This document shows positions 1-7,594 of a DNA stretch of 64,000 bases, piece by piece. Each line of letters opens with the position of its first letter. Positions within the stretch are counted from its first letter, which is position 1. The position numbers and the translations under genes are program-made. The notes beneath the pieces were generated by a model, which was not told the DNA's origin, ran no database searches, and saw only the letters and a program-made list of their open reading frames with translations. The stretch spans positions 15,037 to 79,036 of the forward strand of contig JBBQXJ010000007.1 of the NCBI GenBank assembly GCA_038209745.1. The letters run 5' to 3'. This DNA comes from Verrucomicrobiota bacterium. Its GTDB lineage: Bacteria; Verrucomicrobiota; Verrucomicrobiia; Limisphaerales; CANJSG01.

Positions 1-194
1 GCGCTTCCGCGACTCAGGCACTCCAGACAGAGAGCGCCCGTGCCGCCGAACAGCTCCAATACTTTGGCGCCGTCCACCCGATCGCCCAGGCTGTTGAAGA
101 TCGCCTGCCGAACCTTGTCCGGCGTCGGCCGGACCCCGAACCCGTCCGGAACCTTCAACAGCTGACCACCCGCCGACCCGCCAATGATGCGCAT
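1..194 (-). CDS. rsmD: 16S rRNA (guanine966-N2)-methyltransferase RsmD, N-terminal part, runs off the window edge
   Basis: Minus-strand ATG at 192-194. My translation is MRIIGGSAGGQLLKVPDGFGVRPTPDKVRQAIFNSLGDRVDGAKVLELFGGTGALCLECLSRGS, typical of the RsmD N-terminus and its SAM-binding GxGxL/E..SRG motif. Absent from the ORF track because it is truncated. Confidence 0.7.
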   Translation of the reverse strand, partial: MRIIGGSAGGQLLKVPDGFGVRPTPDKVRQAIFNSLGDRVDGAKVLELFGGTGALCLECLSRGS

Positions 195-297
195 GCCCAC
201 AGGCTAAGAGTTCAGGACGCCTGCAATCCAGCCCACGATGTGAAACAGAATCGCGGCCCCTTCCCTTCCCCCGCCCCTCTGCTAGCTTCCGACCGCC

Positions 298-1485
298 ATG
301 ACGATGTTTGCCCTGAAGCACAGCGAGCTGCGCGATCTCTACGAAAAGGTCGTCGCCAACGAACGGCTCACCGAAGCCGACGCGCTGCGCCTGTTCGAGA
401 CCAAGGATCTCAACGCCCTCGGCGCGATGGCCGATTTCGCCCGCGCCCGCAAGGTTGGCAACCGCGCCTCCTACATCGTCAACCGCTACCTCAACTACTC
501 GAACTACTGCATCCTCAGCTGCCAATTCTGCGCTTTCAGCCGCAAGAAGCGCGACAAGGACGGCTTCGAGCTGACCGCCGATCAGATGGTCGAAAAGGCT
601 CGTGAAGCCCTCGCCCTCGGCATCACCGAGCTGCACATCGTCGGCGGCCTCCACCCTTCATTGCCCTTCAGCTACTACACTGGTTTTCTCAAGGCGTTGA
701 AGGCGCTCGATTCCAGGCTCCAGTTGAAGTGCTTCACCGCGATTGAAATCCTCCACCTCGCTTGGCTGGCCAAGAAGTCCGTTCGCGACACGCTCGCCGA
801 GCTGAAAGAGGCGGGCCTCGAATCCCTCACCGGCGGCGGCGCCGAGATCTTCCGCAAGGAAGTCCGCACCGCCATCGCGCGCGGCAAGGAATCGGCCGAG
901 GAATACCTCGATGTCCACCGCACCTGGCACCAGCTCGGCGGACGCAGCACCTGCACCATGCTCTACGGCCATGTCGAAACGCTCGCGGACCGGGTCGATC
1001 ACCTGAGCCAACTTCGCCGCCTGCAGGATGAGACCAAGGGCTTCGTCGGGTTCATCGGCCTGCCCTATCAGCCGGACAACAACGGCATTCCCGTCGAACA
1101 TCCGCCCACCGGCTTCGACCAGCTCCGCACGCTCGCCGTGGCCCGGCTGTTCCTCGACAACTTCGAGCACATCACCGCCTACTGGGTCGGCATGGGGATG
1201 AAGATGGCGCAGGTCGCCCTCAGCTACGGCGCGGACGACATCCACGGCACGATCATCGAGGAGCACATCTTCCACATGGCCGGTGCCAAAGCCCCCCAGC
1301 TCCAGACCGAGGCCGCGATGGTCAAGGCCATCCGCGAAGCCGGCCGCACGCCGGTTCAGCGGAACACCTTCTACGAGCCGATCCAGGTCTGGGAAGAACC
1401 GCAGGCCGCCGCGATCTCGGCGAAGGAGTCGGGCGGGGATGCTGACGATCAGCGAACCAAGGAAACCGAACTGGCGAGTGCGTGA
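298..1485 (+). CDS. Radical SAM enzyme of the futalosine menaquinone pathway (MqnE/MqnC family, aminofutalosine synthase-like)
   Basis: 395-aa ORF with the CxxxCxxC cluster motif (NYCILSCQFCAF). It also has TGGGAEIF and overall MqnE/MqnC/CofH-like architecture. I cannot separate MqnE from MqnC by eye. Confidence 0.8.
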   Translation: MTMFALKHSELRDLYEKVVANERLTEADALRLFETKDLNALGAMADFARARKVGNRASYIVNRYLNYSNYCILSCQFCAFSRKKRDKDGFELTADQMVEKAREALALGITELHIVGGLHPSLPFSYYTGFLKALKALDSRLQLKCFTAIEILHLAWLAKKSVRDTLAELKEAGLESLTGGGAEIFRKEVRTAIARGKESAEEYLDVHRTWHQLGGRSTCTMLYGHVETLADRVDHLSQLRRLQDETKGFVGFIGLPYQPDNNGIPVEHPPTGFDQLRTLAVARLFLDNFEHITAYWVGMGMKMAQVALSYGADDIHGTIIEEHIFHMAGAKAPQLQTEAAMVKAIREAGRTPVQRNTFYEPIQVWEEPQAAAISAKESGGDADDQRTKETELASA

Positions 1486-2093
1486 ATGCCGAGTTCAACA
1501 ACAAATTCGGTGAACGAGACGTGTTTGGCGACACGGCGAGAGAGAGGTTCGGTTCGTGGGCCGGAGAATCTTGGCGCAAATACATCGTCTGGTCCGGCCA
1601 GCATCAATTGACCGACCTCGTCGGACTGGACGTAGCGCTCTGCGGAAACTTGGCCGACGTGGAGGAGGCCGAAGACTGGAACCACAATATCCATGCCGCC
1701 GGGCTGACCCATCTGTATTGGGATCTTCCTTACCTGCGTTCCAAGTTTTCCGATCCGGCCGTTTTCAACCTGCTGGCAGTGACCCGAAATCCCGCCGATG
1801 ACCCGCGGTTTTGGAAGCCACCAGAAGGCTTCCTCTACCTAGGATCGGACCTCCTCGACGACGGCACAGGCCTCAGCGCCCTGACCAACTGCGGTGGTTT
1901 CCCTGATGTGTTTCCCAACTCCGAGATTTCGCCGCTCGGCTTGATCCCGGATTGGAACCGGGCCGTGGAGATCCAAGTCGCGCTGGCGAGGGCGCACCCG
2001 GAGGAAGCCCACGCGCATTGCGCCCTATGGTCTCTCTGGCGACATCTCGGCTCCATTCCTCCGACTCCAACCACGAACCCATCCAACACATGA
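1482..2093 (+). CDS. Hypothetical protein (203 aa), no recognisable domain
   Basis: The ATG overlaps the upstream TGA (ATGA-type coupling at 1482-1485). Amino-acid composition is protein-like. GC is visibly lower than the flanks. Confidence 0.5.
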   Translation: MNAEFNNKFGERDVFGDTARERFGSWAGESWRKYIVWSGQHQLTDLVGLDVALCGNLADVEEAEDWNHNIHAAGLTHLYWDLPYLRSKFSDPAVFNLLAVTRNPADDPRFWKPPEGFLYLGSDLLDDGTGLSALTNCGGFPDVFPNSEISPLGLIPDWNRAVEIQVALARAHPEEAHAHCALWSLWRHLGSIPPTPTTNPSNT

Positions 2094-2349
2094 CCTGGTT
2101 CGAATCAGCCCTCGACCATCTCGCAAAGTGGAAGGCGAAGGAAGCGGCCGGTCTGGGGTTCAAGGAAAAATTCAGGCAGTTATCGGCACGGAGCAGATCC
2201 TCCTCGGATTGTTGTCCAAATCAGAAGGGGTAGCCGGGCAGATCTTGAAGCACTTCAACATCGATGCAGCACGGATGCGGAGCGATCTTTTGAAAAACAG
2301 CGTGCCGAATTACGCAACCAGGAGCACTGGGCAACAGCAGTCGGAATAG
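2090..2349 (+). pseudogene. Stand-alone Clp_N (Clp R-domain repeat) mini-protein, apparently frameshifted at an A5 run
   Basis: ATG at 2090 overlaps the upstream TGA (2091-2093) and encodes MTWFESALDHLAKWKAKEAAGLGFKEK. The Clp_N core IQAVIGTEQILLGLLSKSEGVAGQILKHFNIDAARMRSDL continues in another frame (track ORF 2128..2349). The switch point is at aaaaa, 2166-2170. Confidence 0.5.
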
Positions 2350-2432
2350 AGGAAATCACGGGTTCTCGCTCAAAAGAGCCGTCGGCAAGATGACCCAAGG
2401 ATACGGGAAGCCAACGGCGGAAAGCACGCCGT

Positions 2433-3422
2433 TCAGGGCGATTCGACCACCCGGAAAAATCGCCGAGGTTCGCCGGGAACGAACGGGTCGGGCAGCGTCA
2501 GCGGGCTGCCGTTACCCGGCAGCGTAGCGCTGAGATTGGTCCACATGTCGGCGGGCAATTGCGGGGTGGACTGCACCTGGTAGGCGTGGTTCGTCCGGGA
2601 ACCCCACTGCAATTGGACGCCACCAAAGACCTTGGAAATAGTGACAAAAGCGAAACGGTCCGGCGGGAGCCTCACGAATTCCGACGGCGCCAACGCCACG
2701 TTGCTGATGCGCACCTCGTCGAGGCTGCCGTCGAAGTTTCGCCGGAACTGTCCATTGTCCTGTCCGCCGGGAAAGTTGCCCGCGCCGAGGTAGATCGGGT
2801 AGTCGGCCCATGCGACCGGCGTCGCGGCTCCGCTCCCGGATGTCTGCAGCGTGTAGTCCACGAACAACTGGACCGTGTTCGTCCCGACGGGCGAATCGTG
2901 ATGGAAGACCAGGGCCACATGATGCCAGAAGCCGTCTCCATAACGCGCGGCTGTCGCTCCCGCATACAGTCCGACATTCGGTGCATAGCTCACGAATCCG
3001 TTCAGACTGCCATTTGCACCGTATTCGATGACGAAGGAACTCAGATGACCTCCCTCAACGGGCGTATGGAGCTTGTTGATCAGTTCCGCCGGATCGCTTC
3101 CATAAACGGTATACGGCTGGTTGGCCTTGAAAAACAGTTCGACCGTAAAGTCGTTCGTCAGCACAAAGGCGGGCGAATTCGGAATGGAGCCATAGTTTCC
3201 GTCGCCGGACAGATCCAAGCCGGTGCCCAGCACGCCGGCCGAGTAGGTCGCCGAGCCGATGGTGGTGCCGTTCAGCCCGGCCGGACCGGAGTCGGTGATC
3301 TGGGCAACTGGACTTCCGTTGGTGCCGTCGAATCGATAATAGGCCACGGTCTGGGCAGTGGCGGCCAACGGAGGGAGCAACAGGGCAATTGCTGTCACGA
3401 AGCGGATCATTCTCAATTTCAT
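2433..3422 (-). CDS. Secreted LamG / concanavalin-A-like lectin domain protein
   Basis: I chose the internal start MKLRMIRFVTAIALLLPPLAATAQ, which gives a signal peptide; ATG checked at 3420-3422. Typical LamG segments are present (LDLSGDGNYGSIP, FTVELFF, WHHVALVF, FDGSLDEVRISN). Confidence 0.7.
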   Translation of the reverse strand: MKLRMIRFVTAIALLLPPLAATAQTVAYYRFDGTNGSPVAQITDSGPAGLNGTTIGSATYSAGVLGTGLDLSGDGNYGSIPNSPAFVLTNDFTVELFFKANQPYTVYGSDPAELINKLHTPVEGGHLSSFVIEYGANGSLNGFVSYAPNVGLYAGATAARYGDGFWHHVALVFHHDSPVGTNTVQLFVDYTLQTSGSGAATPVAWADYPIYLGAGNFPGGQDNGQFRRNFDGSLDEVRISNVALAPSEFVRLPPDRFAFVTISKVFGGVQLQWGSRTNHAYQVQSTPQLPADMWTNLSATLPGNGSPLTLPDPFVPGEPRRFFRVVESP

Positions 3423-3568
3423 GGCAAGAGTTCGGTGACCTTCATTGAAAACGTTCCCGCCGGTTGGAATGAGGTAAAGGACAATTGCGGAGGTATGCCG
3501 ACCCCGCGTGCCTACAAAACCGGGCATCCCAACTGTGCCCTTTGTCCGAATTGGAGGCGTTCTCTGCC

Positions 3569-4270
3569 TCAGTCCTTCTTCGCGCAACCCAGCCAGCGAT
3601 AGACGCCGCCGGCCAGCACCGCGCCGAGGATCGGGGCCACCCAGAAGAGCCAGAGCTGCGTGAGCGCCCAGCCACCCACGAAGATCGCCGGACCCGTGCT
3701 GCGGGCCGGATTCACCGAGGTGTTCGTCACCGGGATGCTGATGAGATGGATGAGCGTCAACCCGAGACCGATGGCGATCGGGGCGAATCCTTTCAGAGCC
3801 CGTTCATCCGTCGCGCCGAGGATGATGATCAGAAACATGAAGGTCATGACCACTTCGGTGACGAAGCCCGCGCCCATCGAATACTTGCCGGGCGAATGTT
3901 CTCCGTAGCCGTTCGAGGCGAGTCCGGCGCTGAGATCGAAGCCGGCTTTGCCGCTGGCGATGAAATACAGCACGCCCGCTCCGGCAATCGCCCCGAGCAC
4001 CTGCGAGACGATGTAGGGCAGGAGTTCCCCGGCCTTGAACCGTCCGCCGGCCACGAGACCGAAGGAGACGGCGGGATTCAGGTGGCATCCGGAGATAGGG
4101 CCGATGGCGAACGCCATGGTGAGCACCGTCAGACCGAAAGCGAACGCCACGCCCAGCAGTCCGATGCCGACACCGGGAAAGGCCGCCGCCAAGACGGCGC
4201 TGCCGCAGCCGCCGAGGGTGAGCCAGAAGGTTCCGAGGAATTCAGCGAATGCACGCTTTGATAGAGGCAT
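3569..4270 (-). CDS. aqpZ: Aquaporin Z
   Basis: 233 aa with two NPA boxes (HLNPAVS, SVNPARS). N-terminus [10 protein letters not shown] and six hydrophobic segments match the MIP family. Confidence 0.95.
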   Translation of the reverse strand: MPLSKRAFAEFLGTFWLTLGGCGSAVLAAAFPGVGIGLLGVAFAFGLTVLTMAFAIGPISGCHLNPAVSFGLVAGGRFKAGELLPYIVSQVLGAIAGAGVLYFIASGKAGFDLSAGLASNGYGEHSPGKYSMGAGFVTEVVMTFMFLIIILGATDERALKGFAPIAIGLGLTLIHLISIPVTNTSVNPARSTGPAIFVGGWALTQLWLFWVAPILGAVLAGGVYRWLGCAKKD

Positions 4271-4799
4271 AGGATAGTCCTGCGTTGAGTTGGTTTATTG
4301 GGGAACGTCCTGAACAGATCGCTCCGGAGAATGCGGGGCCGACGCCGGTTCGCAAGTCTCCCGTGGACGACATTTGCACGACCCGATTTCTCAAGACGCG
4401 CGGCGAAAACAGGGGCGTTCGAGAACGGAAAAACGGGGCAACTGGAGGGCTCCAACGGTCGGAGGGCCATCCTGATGAACAAGATCGCCGAAGAAATCGT
4501 GGCCTCGGTCCGTCTTCATACCGTCCGACCGTGATGGCAGGGATCCGGCCGTTCGTCTCCGCGCCGGATCCCTCGAGTCGGAATTGCCCGCTCCAAAGAT
4601 CTCCAAGCAACCGAAGGCGATTCTCCAAGTGCTCGGTCGTCGCCGGGATCGGCATCCCCAAGGAAAGTCGCCGCACCGAGTGAAAGTGACGCAGCGATCA
4701 GTCCCGCCAAGGCCGAGCCAAAGAAGAAGGCGCAACGGAGGAACATTGCAGGAAACTCCAAGTCGCCTCCCCGTCGGGCGACGCAACTTGACGCCGTCG

Positions 4800-5888
4800 T
4801 CAGTAGACGCCTTCGACGATGGTCTTCTCCATCGCGCCGAAGGGCCGCACTTCGGCGACGCCGTCCCAAGCGTAGCGGTCGCGGGGGGCTTTGCGGATGG
4901 CTTCGTCGCGTTCGAGGAAGCGGGGCATGAAGAACTCCCTGGTCAACGTGGTCAGTTCCACGCGGCCCCATTCGCCGTATTCCTTCACCTGCGTCGTGTC
5001 GTTCGGATCGACGACCCTGAGCACGGCTCGGGGCTGCGGCGGATAGTAGCTGATGGAGAACTTGTCCTCGGGCCGGAGGGGCACGCTGGCGGCCAACCCC
5101 ATCAAGGTGTTGCCGTAGGTCGGGTAGAAGCCGATGCGACCCTCGAGCACTTCCTCGACGATGAAACGCACATATTGCGGGGCCATCGTGGTGCCGCCAC
5201 AGAAGACGCCACGAATGCCGGCCTCGAACAGATCGAGTTTCTCGGCGAGGGCTTCGAGAAGTTTGGGAGTGGTGAAGAGGCCGGAGATCTTTCGGTTCTT
5301 CAACAGCATCAGGGCTTGGTCCACCACGTGGTCCATGTATTGCCGGGCCACGTCGAACTGCTTGTTCGAGATCAGCTTCTTCACGAAGCGCGGGTCCAAA
5401 TCGATGAAGTAGCAGGAGCTGCCGCGAATGTTCGCCAGATGCTCGATGGCGAGACGGAGGCGACGCGGCCCGGTGGGACCGACCATCAGCCAAGCGCCGC
5501 CGCGGGGGAAATGCTCGTCGGAAATCTTGTCGCTGAACTCGGAGTAGTCGACCTTGTAGTCGTTCCAGCCGATGCGCTGCTTGGGCATTCCCGTGGTGCC
5601 ACCGGTTTCGAAGATGTTGAAGGGCTTTCCCTTGAACTCGGCGGGCACCCAGACCTCGGGTTGCTCGTCGCGCAGCCACTCGTCCTGGAAGTGTGGGAAC
5701 TTCGCTATGAGGTCGGCGAAGGACTTCACCTCGGCCCGCGGATCCCAGCCGGCATTTTTCACCCAACCGAGCCAGAACGGGCAGCCGGTTTCGGGACTGA
5801 AGTGCCAAGCGACGATTTCGCGGACGTGGGCGTCGAGGGTGTCCTGCGCCTTCTGGATTTCGGCGGAGGTCGGGTCGGGGCTCATCAT
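4800..5888 (-). CDS. Adenylate-forming enzyme, phenylacetate-CoA ligase (PaaK) / F390 synthetase-like family
   Basis: Start MMSPDP, with ATG checked at 5886-5888. The nucleotide-binding loop ETGGTTGMPK resembles the PaaK SSGTTGKPK motif. About 360 aa, and the upstream part of the track ORF is R/S/P-rich junk. Confidence 0.65.
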   Translation of the reverse strand: MMSPDPTSAEIQKAQDTLDAHVREIVAWHFSPETGCPFWLGWVKNAGWDPRAEVKSFADLIAKFPHFQDEWLRDEQPEVWVPAEFKGKPFNIFETGGTTGMPKQRIGWNDYKVDYSEFSDKISDEHFPRGGAWLMVGPTGPRRLRLAIEHLANIRGSSCYFIDLDPRFVKKLISNKQFDVARQYMDHVVDQALMLLKNRKISGLFTTPKLLEALAEKLDLFEAGIRGVFCGGTTMAPQYVRFIVEEVLEGRIGFYPTYGNTLMGLAASVPLRPEDKFSISYYPPQPRAVLRVVDPNDTTQVKEYGEWGRVELTTLTREFFMPRFLERDEAIRKAPRDRYAWDGVAEVRPFGAMEKTIVEGVY

Positions 5889-5931
5889 GTTCGGAATGCT
5901 AGATGTCGGGACGTAAACGGCAACGGCCGGT

Positions 5932-7545
5932 TCAGGGCTTCTTGAGCTCGGTTTCGACCCCGGCGGGTGCGTCCTTCTTGAGAATCTTCGAAGCGTCCTG
6001 CAGCGCGTAGAGATGAGTCTGGGTGCCGACGTAGAGCACGCCGTTGGCAATGATCGGAGTGGAGTAGATCGGCGAGTCGAACATCGTCTCGCTGATGATC
6101 TTTTTTTCCTTGGTTGCGGCGAACACCACGAGGTCGCCGTCCTCGTCTCCGACATACACCTTGCCGTCAGCCACCATGGTGGATCCCCACATGTGGGCCT
6201 TCATGTCGTGCTCCCAGTAGAGCTTGCCGGTCTCCGCATCGAGACAATGGACGAAGCCGGAGAAGTCCCCGACGAAGAGCAGGCCGGTCGCGGGATCGAT
6301 GGAGACGGTGGAGATGCTGCGGTGGATGCCTCGGAACTCCCAGATGAGGCCGCTCTTGGTCACGTCGCCCGACTTGGTCGGATCGTAGCAGACGAGGCGG
6401 CCGATGCCTTCCCCGTGCTCCGGATCCTGGCCGATGGGGACATAGACGCGGTTCTTGTAGAAGACCGGGGTGGCGTTGATCTCGCTCGGGCCGTCGGCGG
6501 AGGGATACTTGATCGGTTTGCCGTCTTTCGCCCGGTAGTCGGGGGGGTTGCAGTCGGCTTTCCAGAGGACTTTCAGAAACGCGCCTTCGGCCGTCTCCTT
6601 GGGCTCGGCATTGAGAGCGTAGAGCCAGCCATCGCCGCCTCCCGCGTAGAGCTCCATTTTGCCGTTGACCTTGCCGGCCGAGAGGGAAGTCCACTGTCCG
6701 TGGAAGATCCGGGGTCCGATGCCGGCATCGTCTTCACCGACCAGTTTGCCGGTGTTCTTGTCGAGGGCGATGAAGCTCGGCGACATCGGCGAAGGGACGT
6801 TGGAATGGGTCCAGTCCTGTCCGTTGGACGTGCAGACGTAGACGCGGTCGCCGACGATCAGCGGAGAGCTGTTGGAGGCGTTGTGCGGAAACACGCCCAA
6901 CTCGTCCATCATGTCGTAGACCCAGAGGATGTCGGCATCCTTCGGACCGATCTTGGCGGGAGGATTGCCCGTGTCCTTGGTGACGTATTCGGCTTCCGTC
7001 GTGATGCCCTGGTTGCCGTCCTTCTGTCCGTTCAGATCGAGGCAGATGACTTCGCAGCGGCTGGTGACGAGGTAGACCTTGTTGCCCTCGATGCGGGGCG
7101 ACGACAGCAGGCCGAGGTTCTCCCAGTCGTTGACCTTGCCGGATTTCAACTTGGGCACGACGAGCTGCCAGAGGAATTCGCCCGTCTTCTCGTCGAAGCA
7201 CATCAGGACCGAGCGGTCGCCCTGATGCTGGGGATCGCGCGGCGAGTCGTTGTTCGTCCCGATGAGGACGTGGCCGTTGGCCACGACGACGTTGCCGTAG
7301 GCCTGGGACCCGACCTTGGCCACCCACTTCACGTTCTTGGTGGTGGCCATGTCGATGTCCTCGGAGCCGGGCTTGAACTTGCCGGGGACGGCCCCGTCAG
7401 GAAGCCCCTTGGCGGTGGAATACATGTTGCGGTCCGTCGAACCTCCCCACATCGGCCAGTCGTCGGCCTGCAGGCTGACCGCAGCGATGCCGCAGAGCAG
7501 CGAAAGGGTGATCACCGACGCTCCGTGGTTCTTCTTTTTCATCAT
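5932..7545 (-). CDS. Secreted PQQ-like (BamB-like) beta-propeller repeat protein
   Basis: Start MMKKKNHGASVITLSLLCGIAAVSLQA gives a signal peptide. It is followed by DDWPMWGG and repeated G.VY.G..DG.L.A.D..TGK.LW propeller blades. Confidence 0.8.
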   Translation of the reverse strand: MMKKKNHGASVITLSLLCGIAAVSLQADDWPMWGGSTDRNMYSTAKGLPDGAVPGKFKPGSEDIDMATTKNVKWVAKVGSQAYGNVVVANGHVLIGTNNDSPRDPQHQGDRSVLMCFDEKTGEFLWQLVVPKLKSGKVNDWENLGLLSSPRIEGNKVYLVTSRCEVICLDLNGQKDGNQGITTEAEYVTKDTGNPPAKIGPKDADILWVYDMMDELGVFPHNASNSSPLIVGDRVYVCTSNGQDWTHSNVPSPMSPSFIALDKNTGKLVGEDDAGIGPRIFHGQWTSLSAGKVNGKMELYAGGGDGWLYALNAEPKETAEGAFLKVLWKADCNPPDYRAKDGKPIKYPSADGPSEINATPVFYKNRVYVPIGQDPEHGEGIGRLVCYDPTKSGDVTKSGLIWEFRGIHRSISTVSIDPATGLLFVGDFSGFVHCLDAETGKLYWEHDMKAHMWGSTMVADGKVYVGDEDGDLVVFAATKEKKIISETMFDSPIYSTPIIANGVLYVGTQTHLYALQDASKILKKDAPAGVETELKKP

Positions 7546-7594
7546 ACTAATGGTCCTGGTCTTGGTCTCGACGTTACGGGTCAACACGCGCGGT

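Noticed and set aside
4271-4515. ORFs 4285..4683(+), 4298..4534(+), 4242..4676(-) and 4391..4786(-) in the gap upstream of aqpZ.
   Set aside because: They overlap one another, are Arg-rich, and have no motifs or start context. The region is more plausibly the aqpZ promoter/5' region plus the 3' end of the upstream operon.
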